Shown piece by piece: positions 11,108 to 21,532 of a DNA stretch of 64,000 nt. The notes beneath the pieces are model-generated. The model saw nothing but the letters and a program-made list of their open reading frames with translations, was not told the DNA's origin and did not search any database. A program made the translations under genes and the position numbers. Source of the DNA: an uncultured delta proteobacterium (GTDB lineage Bacteria; Desulfobacterota; Binatia; UBA9968); assembly GCA_963847445.1 (NCBI GenBank), contig CAWJZV010000030.1:288001-352000 (forward strand), written 5' to 3'. Position 1 is the first letter of the stretch; every line of letters starts with the position of its first letter.

Positions 11108-11265
11108 CCAAAGGGGATGATCAATCCCCTTTGGAAACCCTAGCAATTTTGTCCTCGCAGCAAACTACGGGGAATATTAGATTTAACCGCGTGAAAAACT
11201 TTTTTCTTTGCCTTTTTATCACTACGCATATATAGGCAAAGACAACTTGTACCAGAGGTGAGTCC

Positions 11266-12462
11266 ATGAATCTTCCGCCCATCGCCACCACCACTATCGG
11301 CAGCTTTCCCCGTCCCGGCTGGCTCGCGCAAAATGACCGCACCCGCGCAATCTTTCGCCTGGAGGGCGCGGCCCTCAAAGAAGCGCAGGATGACGCGACG
11401 GCGCTAAGCATTCATACACAAGATGGACTCGGCCTGGATCTGCTCTCCGATGGCGAACAAAGACGCACGGGTTTTATCAATCATATCCTTGCCGCGTTCG
11501 ACGGCATAGACCTCGCTCACGAAGGTTTGAAACATATCTATCGGCGCCGGGCGATGGAGCGCATGGTGCCGCGCGTCGTCGGCAAAATAAAAAGACGCGC
11601 GCCCACCATCGTCGGCGATCTCCGTTTCGCCAAAGCTCATACGAGCAAGCCGATCAAGATGGATGTGCCGGGGCCGATGACCGTGGTCGACAGCACGCTG
11701 GATGAATTCTACAAAGACGAAGCCGCCATGGCGATGGACGTGGCTGCGGCGCTCAACGAGGAGCTACTCGACTTGCAAGCGGCAGGATGCGATGTGGTGC
11801 AGATCGACGAACCCGCAATGACTCGTTACCACGAGAAAGTTTTCGCCTACGGTGCTAAAGCCCTCGACCGCTGCCTCGAAGGGATCCATGTCCCCACTGT
11901 CGTTCATCTCTGCTACGGCTATCCCGGCGGCGGGCAACAGCATGAATACGAATATCCCGAACTGCTCGAAGCGCTGATGAAAACCAGGATCAGCGGCTTC
12001 GGCGTCGAATTCGCGCGCAGCGACTATGACCCGGCGGTGCTGGCCATCGCCAAAGGCCGGATCGTGATGTTCGGCTGCGTCGATCCCAGCGACACGCCGG
12101 TGCCACAGGTGGCAAAGGTCGTCGAACGGGTGCACACCGCGCTAAAATATATTGAGCCGAAAAATTTGTGGCTGGCGCCTGACTGCGGCCTGATGACAAT
12201 CAGCCGCGAGCTGGCCAACGACAAGGCCAAACTGCTCACCGAAGTCGCAAAGCAAGTGCGAAAAATCGTCTTCATCGATGTGTATAAAGGTATTCAATTT
12301 CTGAGGCTGAATGCCGCGCTTGATGTGAGCGTGGTAAATCGTAGCGAAGCTCCATCTGAAGCCGCCTTGCCAATGGCTCTAGCGGGCATCTTCGATAGGA
12401 CGGACCGTGTTCCAAACAACCTGCTGAACAATATCAACATTTCAAATGTTCACACCATTTAG
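11266..12462 (+). CDS. Cobalamin-independent methionine synthase II-like (MetE C-terminal domain only) Zn enzyme; C-terminal ~65 aa probably non-homologous read-through
   Basis: TTTIGSFPRP, LSDGEQRR, QIDEP, VHLCYG (HxC) and APDCG. Confidence 0.85.
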   Translation: MNLPPIATTTIGSFPRPGWLAQNDRTRAIFRLEGAALKEAQDDATALSIHTQDGLGLDLLSDGEQRRTGFINHILAAFDGIDLAHEGLKHIYRRRAMERMVPRVVGKIKRRAPTIVGDLRFAKAHTSKPIKMDVPGPMTVVDSTLDEFYKDEAAMAMDVAAALNEELLDLQAAGCDVVQIDEPAMTRYHEKVFAYGAKALDRCLEGIHVPTVVHLCYGYPGGGQQHEYEYPELLEALMKTRISGFGVEFARSDYDPAVLAIAKGRIVMFGCVDPSDTPVPQVAKVVERVHTALKYIEPKNLWLAPDCGLMTISRELANDKAKLLTEVAKQVRKIVFIDVYKGIQFLRLNAALDVSVVNRSEAPSEAALPMALAGIFDRTDRVPNNLLNNINISNVHTI

Positions 12463-12533
12463 AGCGGGACATCGGCGCAAGCCCAAAGAAGACCTTGTCG
12501 TAAGAAAACCAACAACTTACGTTTCTCCCTATC

Positions 12534-13136
12534 TCAGTTGCCTCCAATTTTATCCACTCCCCACAAAACGAGCATCAAAATCGGAACGACCACGAATATA
12601 AACGGATAGAGACGTACGTTCAGAAGATCGGGGAACATGATGTTCCCTCGATATCCCAATTTCATAAATTTCTTTTCTAAGAAACGTGAAGCTTCCGCAA
12701 AAAGAAAGGAACCGGCCATTAATCCCACGATGCCAGCTATGACATCATAGTTACCTTGCCCAAGTGCCGCGCCTCCCGTACCAGGGCAGTAGCCAAACAG
12801 AGCGAATCCGACACCAAAAAGTAAACCGCCGATTATGTTAGCAGCGTATCGGGTTGGCTTTACGTGAAGCTTTACGAGGCCGAGCGCATACATGGAAAAG
12901 ATGCCGACCATTCCAACGATAATGGCGCTCAACATTACTTTCACGACGGTAGCATCCGTGAAGAGAAGAGCCCCTAAGAGGATGTCATATTTTGCAACTC
13001 CTCCTTTTTGAAGAAGAAAGCCAAAGATAAGACCAAATACTAGTCCCTGAAATAAAGAAAGAGCTGGAGATTTCGCTTTGTCCTTATCCTCCTCTTTTGC
13101 TTCTACTTTCATAAATTTTTGGGCTCTTGCCGCCAC
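12534..13136 (-). CDS. YeeE/YedE-family sulfur-compound transporter subunit
   Basis: Four hydrophobic segments and GGLLFGVGFALFGYCPGT. Confidence 0.85.
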   Translation of the reverse strand: MAARAQKFMKVEAKEEDKDKAKSPALSLFQGLVFGLIFGFLLQKGGVAKYDILLGALLFTDATVVKVMLSAIIVGMVGIFSMYALGLVKLHVKPTRYAANIIGGLLFGVGFALFGYCPGTGGAALGQGNYDVIAGIVGLMAGSFLFAEASRFLEKKFMKLGYRGNIMFPDLLNVRLYPFIFVVVPILMLVLWGVDKIGGN

Positions 13137-13138
13137 TG

Positions 13139-13663
13139 TTAGCTCCTAAAGAGAAGAGCTGCGGTTCCTGCTCCTCCGATAAAAAAGCATATCAACGCTA
13201 TCCATGAGCCAACAGAAAGCTGCAGGGTACCGCTAATTCCATGTCCACTTGTACATCCCCCCGCCATGCGAGCCCCGAAAGCCATCACGGCTCCTCCCGC
13301 AAAACAAGCCAGGAGTCTCAATGGAATTTCTGTCCCGAACCTTTCCGCCCACATCCTGGGAACCCATTCGTTCGTTATATCGCCAGTGGAAACGGACGAG
13401 ACGAAAGCGCCTAGGATCACTCCAACGAGTAACATAACTTCCCAATCAATCTTGGGCGCGTTGTCTTGGAAGTATTTCAAAGACATCGTGTGGCGCTTGG
13501 AAAATAGATTTCCAACTAGTCCAGCAAAGCTTGCATAGGCCGAAGAGGCTCCGATGGGCTTATTAGAAAAGTAAAAAGTGAACATCGAGAGAACACCGAT
13601 GAGAGCTCCGACGAGATAGGGGGACCACGCCGGCGAGGAGTAAACTTCTGGAGGCGCGTTCAC
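13139..13663 (-). CDS. YeeE/YedE-family sulfur-compound transporter subunit
   Basis: WSPYLVGALIG and FGARMAGGCTSGHGISG. Confidence 0.88.
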   Translation of the reverse strand: MNAPPEVYSSPAWSPYLVGALIGVLSMFTFYFSNKPIGASSAYASFAGLVGNLFSKRHTMSLKYFQDNAPKIDWEVMLLVGVILGAFVSSVSTGDITNEWVPRMWAERFGTEIPLRLLACFAGGAVMAFGARMAGGCTSGHGISGTLQLSVGSWIALICFFIGGAGTAALLFRS

Positions 13664-15048
13664 GCAGCCTCCTTCGCTTTGTCCTTCTCAATGGGTAATT
13701 CCAGCTTTTTCCACGCGGTCAACCCACCGAGGAGGTTGGTGACATGATTGAAACCGTGTCTTTTTAAGATGCTGCAAGCAAGGCTAGATCTATGCCCTAC
13801 GCTACAGTGAACAATAAGCTGATCTTCTTTGTTCACCTTGGGCGGATTGTTATCTAAATAACCGACGTAGGTATGCAGGGCGCCGGAAATGTGCTCATCC
13901 TCCCACTCCATATCGTCCCGGACATCGAGAATGTGGGATCCGCCGGTTTCGAGATGACGAGACGCTTCGAGTGCGGTCGTGGTATCGATACGCTCAATCG
14001 GAAGTCCTTCTTTTCTCCAGGATTCCATCCCTTCGGCGAGAATTCCTCCGATGGTGTCAAGCCCGATACGGGACAGAGCCAGCATGCCTTCTGCGACGTG
14101 ATCAGACAAACCGACGACTAGGAATATCTTGGTTGTTTCATCGGCCACCCAGCCACCAAAAGTCGAAAGGCCCTCCATCCAAATCGAGTAAGAGCCGGGA
14201 ACGTGACCGCCTGCAAAGGCCTCAGGGGATCGGGTATCGATCACTACTCCCCCTTTCATCTCTCGCTGAAATTCCTTCGGTTGAAAAATTTTGCAAGTTC
14301 TCGGTTCCGGCATGGGGAGGCCTGCCTCTAAGTTTACTTTTTCCATATTTTTGAAATAGGGAGGACGCGGCAGCTTTTCGTTTTCTTTTTGAGAGATGAA
14401 ATCTGTACGGTTTAAGGTGAAAGCCGGGTTCTCGGCACGCTCCAAGCCCAGCGTGGAGTCATCTCTGTCGGCGATGTTTCCCCCGCAGGCTGAGCCCGAC
14501 CCGTGTGCGGGAAAAAGCAGCGTCTGGTCTCCGAGAGGAATTATTTTTGCATGAATAGAATCGTAAAGGATGCCGGCGTTCTCGGCCGTTTTTTCAGGGT
14601 CGGGAAGATCGGTCCGACCCGCTTCTCCGATAAAAAGGGCGTCTCCCGTGAAGACTCCCCAGGCGCTCTCGCCCGTGTCTTCTAAGTAAATAGCGTAAGA
14701 CATGCTTTCCGGAGTATGCCCAGGAGTTTCGAATGCCTTAATCCGGGCAGTTCCAATAGATAATTCCTCGCCGTCTCTAAGTCGTATGTCAGTCTTCCCA
14801 AAAAGCTCGTGGCGACCTGAAACGATTTTTGAACCGGTCGCGTTCACGAGCGATCGCGTGCCATATACAAAATCCTCCTGGCGATGTGTCTCGAAAACAT
14901 GAGTTATGGTGAGTCCGTTGTCTCGCGCAGCGATCAAATACTCCTCAATATCGCGCCTAGGATCTATTACGACGGCTTTTCCTTCACCACATTCGAGGAT
15001 ATAAGAGTTTTGACCGAGTCCTTTTGTTTTAATTCTTTTGAAAAGCAT
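13660..15048 (-). CDS. MBL-fold persulfide dioxygenase-rhodanese fusion (CstB-like)
   Basis: ETHRQEDF, TPGHT, FTGDALF, PAHGSGSACG, a Cys-less middle rhodanese and a C-terminal rhodanese with VHCSVGHRS. Confidence 0.85.
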   Translation of the reverse strand: MLFKRIKTKGLGQNSYILECGEGKAVVIDPRRDIEEYLIAARDNGLTITHVFETHRQEDFVYGTRSLVNATGSKIVSGRHELFGKTDIRLRDGEELSIGTARIKAFETPGHTPESMSYAIYLEDTGESAWGVFTGDALFIGEAGRTDLPDPEKTAENAGILYDSIHAKIIPLGDQTLLFPAHGSGSACGGNIADRDDSTLGLERAENPAFTLNRTDFISQKENEKLPRPPYFKNMEKVNLEAGLPMPEPRTCKIFQPKEFQREMKGGVVIDTRSPEAFAGGHVPGSYSIWMEGLSTFGGWVADETTKIFLVVGLSDHVAEGMLALSRIGLDTIGGILAEGMESWRKEGLPIERIDTTTALEASRHLETGGSHILDVRDDMEWEDEHISGALHTYVGYLDNNPPKVNKEDQLIVHCSVGHRSSLACSILKRHGFNHVTNLLGGLTAWKKLELPIEKDKAKEAA

Positions 15049-15122
15049 AGCTATTTCCTTTAACTTCGCGGCTCACCAACGTTTCCATACCTATAAGATC
15101 TGCTCACGCAGAATGCGAACCA

Positions 15123-15920
15123 TTAGTTAGGTCCTTTGACCTGAGATGAGTTCTTATCGACCACGCCCGGTATCTGTTTAATCGAACCGGTAAATTTACC
15201 GTTCAACGCATCGACTCCGGATTGTGGCTTGGCGAACTTTTCTAGGTCCTGACGCTCGCGGCGCTTCTCGTTTGTATCGGTGGCTAGTTTGTTATCACGA
15301 GCTGCGATGAGACCTGGCTTGTCCTCTCCATCACGATTAAATGACCATGCTAGCATCGGTTCTCCCATTGGAAGTTTATCCCCATGATCTGTTGCCCATA
15401 AATGCCAGGTCTTTCCGTAACTATTCATCTTTCCCTTCATGAGTTCCTTCTCAGCCACCGCTGGAAGTCCTGGCGCTATCAGCTGACCGGAGAGAATTTC
15501 TCCGTTATGCGGATGCCAGTACTGTCTTTCCTTTTGCGCTAATGTTTCAAAAAGCCGCTCCGAAATTATGTATTCGATTCCATTCATATTAGCAGCCCGA
15601 GTGTTCCCATCGAATAAGACGCATTGGGCAAAGTCTTCATTTACCTGTGTACAAAAATGGTGCGCTTCCGTCTGGTGACTAGGATCGTTTTTCATGGGGT
15701 GAAACCCGACGAGATAGACATTAATTGGATCTAGCGGGGAATCTTTCTGAAGAAGTTTGGCACCCAGCTTAAGCACTTCGGTTTTCGTCGTAGCATCCTC
15801 TCCTGATGGACGCACCAGGGGATCACGACTGCCAACACAACTTGTAACAGTGAGAGCTAAGGCGATAATGTGGATTCCTATGGAAACGCGTTTTGATGAA
15901 AAGGTGCCTGCTCGATACAT
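15123..15920 (-). CDS. DUF1264 / OBAP-family putative lipoprotein
   Basis: AHHFC, QCVLFDG, GIEYIISE, YWHPHNGE and YGKTWH. Lipobox-like LTVTSC. AGGAG RBS upstream of ATG 15920. Confidence 0.85.
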   Translation of the reverse strand: MYRAGTFSSKRVSIGIHIIALALTVTSCVGSRDPLVRPSGEDATTKTEVLKLGAKLLQKDSPLDPINVYLVGFHPMKNDPSHQTEAHHFCTQVNEDFAQCVLFDGNTRAANMNGIEYIISERLFETLAQKERQYWHPHNGEILSGQLIAPGLPAVAEKELMKGKMNSYGKTWHLWATDHGDKLPMGEPMLAWSFNRDGEDKPGLIAARDNKLATDTNEKRRERQDLEKFAKPQSGVDALNGKFTGSIKQIPGVVDKNSSQVKGPN

Positions 15921-16353
15921 ATTTAACTTACTCCTACGACCAATTCGTTTATTCAGCAAAAACACGGCCACAATGACACCAGGGGCAGTGAGCGATAGAC
16001 CAAACCTAAGTTAATAAAAGCGCAAAGTCACTTTTCAGGCGCAACAACACTCGTTGTAAAGTTAGTACTAAACACGGGGTAGATATGCTCTGGTGGAATG
16101 ATGAAGTCTTTTTTGCCATAGACCGGCTAAGTGAGCTAACAAGATCCGGGAACTCAACAAATACACCCAGCCCTGTTATTATACTAGTTTCTCGTTTGTA
16201 AGATTTTCCGGATTTCAATGTTCTAGGATTGGGACGGTTTACGCTCCGTCAAATTTATTTACATTAAAAAATGACACATTGAACCTCGCCTTCGAGTGAA
16301 TGAACTTAAACCGCATGCGATTTGCGTGACTGTTTGTTTCAGGAGACTTTCAT

Positions 16354-16821
16354 ATGATACCCCCGACTACTACACGCGTTTCGAAGCATACGGCGGAAGA
16401 CATCAATGAGCGAATCCGGCGCCAAACCGATGAGACTGTTTCAGCCTGTGTCTCTGGCGGCGTAACCGCGATTGATAGAAGGTTGCGTGAGCTTGACGAG
16501 GAATGGGACATTGAACGCACTCTTGAGACGAATGCTGCAACTATCTCTTTAATCGGACTCGGCTTGGGTGCGTTGATCGACCGGAAGTGGTTTATGTTTC
16601 CCGTGATCGTCTGCGGGTTCCTACTACAACATGCCATTCAGGGCTGGTGCCCGCCCGTGCCCGTGTTTCGCCGACTCGGAGTCCGAACGAGTTTTGAGAT
16701 CGAGCAAGAGCGGTACGCCCTGAAGTCGCTGCGCGGAGATTTTCAAGGGCTGCCCACAGTTCGCGATGTGGGGACAAATGGGCTTACGGTCAGCCACACA
16801 CTTGAGGCTGTTCGCAGTTAG
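16354..16821 (+). CDS. DUF2892 (YgaP-like) membrane protein
   Basis: EWDIERTLE, two TM segments and FLLQHAIQGWCPPVPVFRRLG. Confidence 0.75.
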   Translation: MIPPTTTRVSKHTAEDINERIRRQTDETVSACVSGGVTAIDRRLRELDEEWDIERTLETNAATISLIGLGLGALIDRKWFMFPVIVCGFLLQHAIQGWCPPVPVFRRLGVRTSFEIEQERYALKSLRGDFQGLPTVRDVGTNGLTVSHTLEAVRS

Positions 16822-17007
16822 GCACGGTAACAAATGATCCGTGTCGTGTCTGTGAAGTAGATCCCACAAGGTTAGCAGAGGCCTTCGAAAACCCCTTTTA
16901 ATCTCTGCCGACCTGGCACAATGCCTTCAAGATGAAATCCAATGGCATCGTGCATGTTCTATTCAACCTCGGCTTTACAAGAACCGGTTACAACGCAACC
17001 TTTAACT

Positions 17008-17223
17008 TCAGGCGAGTGGGCGGAAAACCCCGTGGAGGTTTTTCAATAACGACCAAGTACTGATTCTTTCGCCAGCTTGAAGCCGACCGGAGAGAATGCA
17101 GCTCAATGTCCCGGGAGCAAGATCATCGCTTGCTTTTCCGGGCAACGTTCCAGACCTGCCTTTCGGGCGGGCCAAATACCAACCGTCATCCTCTAGCAAG
17201 TTTACAACCTCGCGCACTTTCAT
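17008..17223 (-). pseudogene. Decayed HicA toxin plus the N-terminus of HicB antitoxin
   Basis: MKVREVVNLLEDDGWYLARPKG...GKASDDLAPGTLSCIL lacks the GSH catalytic segment. It is followed by QYLVVIEK, which is HicB-like. Confidence 0.7.
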
Positions 17224-17335
17224 CTGGCCAATCCGACCATACGAAAGTTTAACATCCGAAAGGTAGGCTATCGAACCAATCAAAATTGATAAAGGCGAAT
17301 GTTACAAAGGATCCAAGCGCGGACGGAATAATTTC

Positions 17336-18080
17336 TTAGTGAAAGATGCTGCCCCCGTCCACGACAATCGCCTGCCCGGTCATGAAGTCGCTGTCGGACG
17401 AACAGAGAAAAACCAACGTGCCCATCAGATCATCCGGCGTTTGCAGCCGCTTGATCGAGCGTTCCTTCAACTGCAATTCCGTCAGCGCCGTGGGCGCGTT
17501 CTGACCTTCGTGCTCGACCAATCCCGGCGCGATGGCGTTGACGCAGATGCCGAACTCGCCGACTTCGCGGGCCAGTGAGCGGGTCATGCCGATCAGCGCC
17601 GCTTTCGATGCGACGTAGTGCAGAAAGTTCGGCGTGCCCCAGTAGGCGGTCGACGACGAGATGTTGATGATCTTGCCGCTCTTCTGTTCTTTCATCTGTG
17701 CGAAGACCGCTTTGGCGCAGAGAAACGGACCTTTGATATTAACCGCCGAAACTTTGTCCCACTCGTCGCCGCTGATTTCGTAAAACGGATGGCGCTGGAT
17801 GTTGATGAAGATCGCGGCGTTGTTGACCAGGATATCGATGCGGCCGAAAGCTTTCACCGCTTCGGCTTGCCATGCGGTTGGTATCTTCTTCCTTCGATAC
17901 ATCGACTTTGAGCGCCAGCGCCTTGCCGCCCTTGGCGCGAATCTCGTTCGCCACCGGTTCGCCGTCGAGAATATCGGCGATGACGACCGCGGCGCCTTCT
18001 TCCGCCAAGCGCCGGCAGTATGCCGCGCCGATATGGCGCGCGCCGCCGGTGACGATGGCAACCCGGCCGCCCAGCCTCAC
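17336..18080 (-). CDS. SDR family oxidoreductase (+1 frameshift near 17868)
   Basis: TGGARHIG, NNAA, YVASK, VNAIAPG and VDGG. Confidence 0.9.
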
Positions 18081-18091
18081 AACAACCGCCC

Positions 18092-18170
18092 GGAGTGATG
18101 GAGTGTTGGAGTACTGGAGTATTGGGTTCCGGACCCATCACTCCACCACTCCATTACTCCATCACTCCAA
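18092..18170. repeat. 8-bp-period inverted tandem repeat hairpin (GGAGT.../ACTCC...)
   Basis: GGAGTGAT GGAGTGTT GGAGTACT GGAGTATT, a short spacer, then four ACTCCAnn units. A half copy also lies at about 4526-4550. Confidence 0.85.
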
Positions 18171-18177
18171 TTCATCT

Positions 18178-19801
18178 TCATATCATCCCCCTCAGATGTT
18201 CGCGGAAGTCCACCGGATTCCACCAGGTTTTCAGTCCCAGCGATTCGGCGATCACTTTCGCCGCGTTGTAACCCGGCGCGCCGGTGATGTTGCCGCCGGG
18301 ATGGCAGGACGAGCCGCACATGAACAGACCGTCGATCGGCGTCTTGTACTGGCCCCAGCCGGGAAACGGCCGGTTCTCTAAAGCTTGATCGCCGGAATAT
18401 TCGCCGACCATCCAGTCGCCGCAGTACATGTTTTTGTCATGGCGCTCGATGTCGAGCGGCGTAGTCGAATCGGTCGAGAGAATGTTGGCGTCAGTCAGAT
18501 TCGGCGCGAACTTCTGCCAGACGGCGAGTTGTTTGTTGAACCAATCGTCGCGCGCTTTGTCCCAGTTCAGCGGGTTGCCCCAGAGATTGTAGGTCATGAG
18601 CTGCCACATGAACGCAGTGGCTTTGCCCGGCGGCGCCTGGGTCGGATCGTGAAACGACGGCGTCGCGCCATTCATGAACGGTTTGCGCGGCAGCTGGCCG
18701 GTGCGGCAATCTTCGAACAAATTTTGCAAATCTTCGTAGTCCTCCAGGCCGACGATATGCATGAACGAGCCGGCGACTTCGGGATGTTTTTCTTCGGTGA
18801 TGTACTTGGGTCTTTCGTTCAACGCCAGATTAGTCGCGAAGATCGGCGTGGTTTTGGAAAAGCGAAAGTTTTCGGCAAGGGTCGGCGAACTTATTTTCTA
18901 GATTCTCCCGACCGACCAATTTGATGAAGGTCTCCACCGGGTTGACGTTGGAAGCGATGAACTTGCGCGCTTTGATCACCGTGCCGTCTTCGAGCACCAC
19001 GGCGGTCGCCTGGCCTTTTTCGACTAAGATGCGCTCGACACCGTTGGCTTCGATATAGTCGACGTGATTGTGCGACATCATATGCGCCAGATTATCGCCC
19101 AAGGCGTGGGAGGTGCCGCGGCAGAGCTGGGGATTGACGCCCCAGGCGATCATCGCCGGTATTAGATAACCGGTCTTTGGCGCGTCGAGCTCGTAGCCGC
19201 GCATGACACCGAGGAAACCAATAAAAGCCCGCACGCGCGGATGTTCGAAGTGGCGCAAGACGAACTCTTCCGGCGTGGTGTCAAAATATTTTAGATACTC
19301 GCGCCCTTCCGGCGTCTTTTCGAGCAGCGGCTTCTTCTCGTCGAAGGGCAGCGGCACGGCATAGGTTTCGGTAAAGACAACCTTCTGCACCACCGGCTGC
19401 CAGCGCGTCCAGATATCCATGAACGACGCCGCGTCTTTCTTGGAGAAACGCTCGATGGTCTCGACGGTCTTCTTCACATCCGAAAACCAGCCGAGATAAG
19501 TCTTGTCGAGGAAATGGTGCACGACTCCGGGATCGGGCCGGTAGTAGTGAATGCCGAAGTTCTCCAGCTCCAGATCCTTGTACCACGGCAGCATCATCAA
19601 GCCGCGGTGAAAAACCGAATGGATGTTATGCCAGAAGCCCGCATAGTTGCGGTCTTCGTGGGAATCCAAACCGCCGCCCACTTCCATATTCTTCTCGACG
19701 ACCATGATCTTCTGGCCGCACTTGGCGAGATAACCGGCGCAGATCATGCCGTTGTGGCCGGCGCCGATGACGACGCCGTCGTATTCGAGGATTTTTGCCA
19801 T
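18178..19801 (-). CDS. COG1233 phytoene-dehydrogenase-like FAD oxidoreductase (+1 frameshift near 18880)
   Basis: IGAGHNG Rossmann motif and C-terminal TPIDGLFMCGSSCHPGGNITGAPGYNAA. Confidence 0.88.
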
Positions 19802-19811
19802 AATATCCGCT

Positions 19812-19904
19812 CCGAACCAGCTTGAACGTTTTGAACTATTTGAACGGCTTGAACGGCGCGTGGTTCAAATCGTTCAAATAGTTCAAGCCGTTCAAAATGT
19901 TCGG
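19812..19904. repeat. 9-bp-period inverted tandem repeat hairpin (TTGAAC x4 / GTTCAA x4)
   Basis: Directly visible near-perfect long inverted repeat between two co-oriented genes. Confidence 0.88.
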
Positions 19905-19908
19905 CCCC

Positions 19909-21487
19909 TTATAACCCGAGATCCTGCTTAATGACGCGCCACGCGTTATACCCCGAGCCCGCGATCACGGCGTCGGCCGGATGCATCGCGACGCCGACTT
20001 GATACAGCCCTTGGATCGGCGTGCGGTAGTCGGAGATCTGTTCGATCGGCCGCTGCTCGCCCATCTGCGTCGGAATCTTGCGCGCCACCCAGACCGAGCC
20101 GCGCCGCATGTTGGGCCAACGTCCCGCCATGTAGTGGGGCTCCATGGCCACTTTCATGATGATGTTCTCGTCGGTCAAGTTGGTCGCGTAACGGCGCCAG
20201 GTTTTGACCACCGTATCGAGAAAGCCGTTCTTTAGTTTAACCCAATCCTCCGGCTGCTTGCCTTTCAATTGATACGGCACCGGCAGGTAGGCCGACGCCG
20301 CATGCTTGCCGGCGGGCGCTTGCAACGGATCGAAGGCGGTCGGACAGATTGCGTGCAGGCAGCCATGGGTGGGAAACTCACCGGCGCGAATCTCTTGCCA
20401 CATGGTTTCCAGATCGCCGGGCCTCTCAGGTCCGATATTTACGTTCATCGCTTGACTCACCGCCGGGTTGTTGGCTTCGTGGATGGCGTAACGCACCGGT
20501 GCCCGCAATGCCAAATGCACCTGGAAATAGGAAAACTCGTCGAGCTGGATATCTTTCACCCGTTCGACAAACGTCCGCGGCAGATAATCCTCTCCCACCA
20601 TCTCGACAAAAGTCGCATAAGGATCGCCATTCGACACCACCGCCAAGCGCGCTTGCCACTCGCGCCCATCGCGCAGACGCACGCCTACCGCCCGACCGTC
20701 GTCATTGACGAGAATCCTGTCGACATGGTGCACCGCGCGAATTTGCCCACCGTTGTAGACATAGGCGCGCTGCAAAACCTGAGCGATGGAATGCGACCCG
20801 CCGCGCGCTAGCTCCGGCTGCTCGTCACCGGCGATCAGCTTTAACACTTCAATGCCGCCAGCCGCCGTAGTCGATGCCGACGCCGCGCGGAATCGCCATC
20901 TGCGACAGCACCAAGGTCTTAACGGCATCGCTGTCAAACAGCTCGTCGACCACTTGGCGCGGCGTCATTTGCCAGAGCCGTCTAAATTCCTGGCCGTCTC
21001 GCGCGCTGGCCAATTTCTGCAAGATCGCCGCACCCGTCTGGGGCGACTCATAGTAGTAGGGAATCAAATAATCGCGAATCAGCGGATGAAACCGTTGATA
21101 GAGATTGCGCCAAGCCTCACCGTCCCTGGTCGAGAACCGGCTGATCGAAGCGACGGTCTGTTCGATGGCTTGATGGTGCGCAATTGACTGCCCATCCGGG
21201 AGCAACAGTGCGCTTATGACCGGCGGCGAAACGAATTCAGCGTGGTGGCCCTCATCCCATTTCAATTCTTTCCAGATTGGCGAGAGCTGGCGGTTATTCT
21301 GGAAATAAGCCAGCGTGTTATGCCAGTAACCGGGCCGGGTGATTTCTTCGCTGGCGAGCCGCCCACCGTTCTCCAAGCGGCTCTCGCAGATGACAGTCTT
21401 GAGACCCGCCATGCCGAGATAGGTGCCGAGGGCAAAATTATTCTGCCCGGCACCGATCAGAATGACATCCCACTCGCTATCGACCAC
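19909..21487 (-). CDS. Second COG1233 phytoene-dehydrogenase-like FAD oxidoreductase (frameshift near 20860)
   Basis: IGAGQNN and YRTPIQGLYQVGVAMHP...GYNA. GTG start behind GGAGG. Confidence 0.85.
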
Positions 21488-21532
21488 AGAATTCCTCCAA
21501 AGACCGGAACCGCTGGAAGCTTTTTGCAAGAA

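Larger units (their letters stand above)
4521..17335. mobile_element. Putative genomic island / insertion hotspot bounded by the SDR 3'-end duplication
   Basis: Flanking 168-bp direct repeats, an AT-richer inner segment (about 12270-17330) and a TA remnant at the right edge. No integrase seen. Confidence 0.55.

Noticed and set aside
11040-11260. Cobalamin or SAM riboswitch upstream of the MetE-like gene
   Set aside because: Hairpins are present, but I found no B12-box (GCCACTG, AGYCAGRAGACC) or S-box core motifs.
19812-19904. CRISPR array (GTTCAA/TTGAAC resembles CRISPR repeat ends)
   Set aside because: The period is 9 bp with no 30-40 nt spacers, the arms are inverted, and no cas genes are present.
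18178-21487. Carotenoid biosynthesis cluster
   Set aside because: Only generic COG1233 similarity; no crtB/crtE/crtY nearby.
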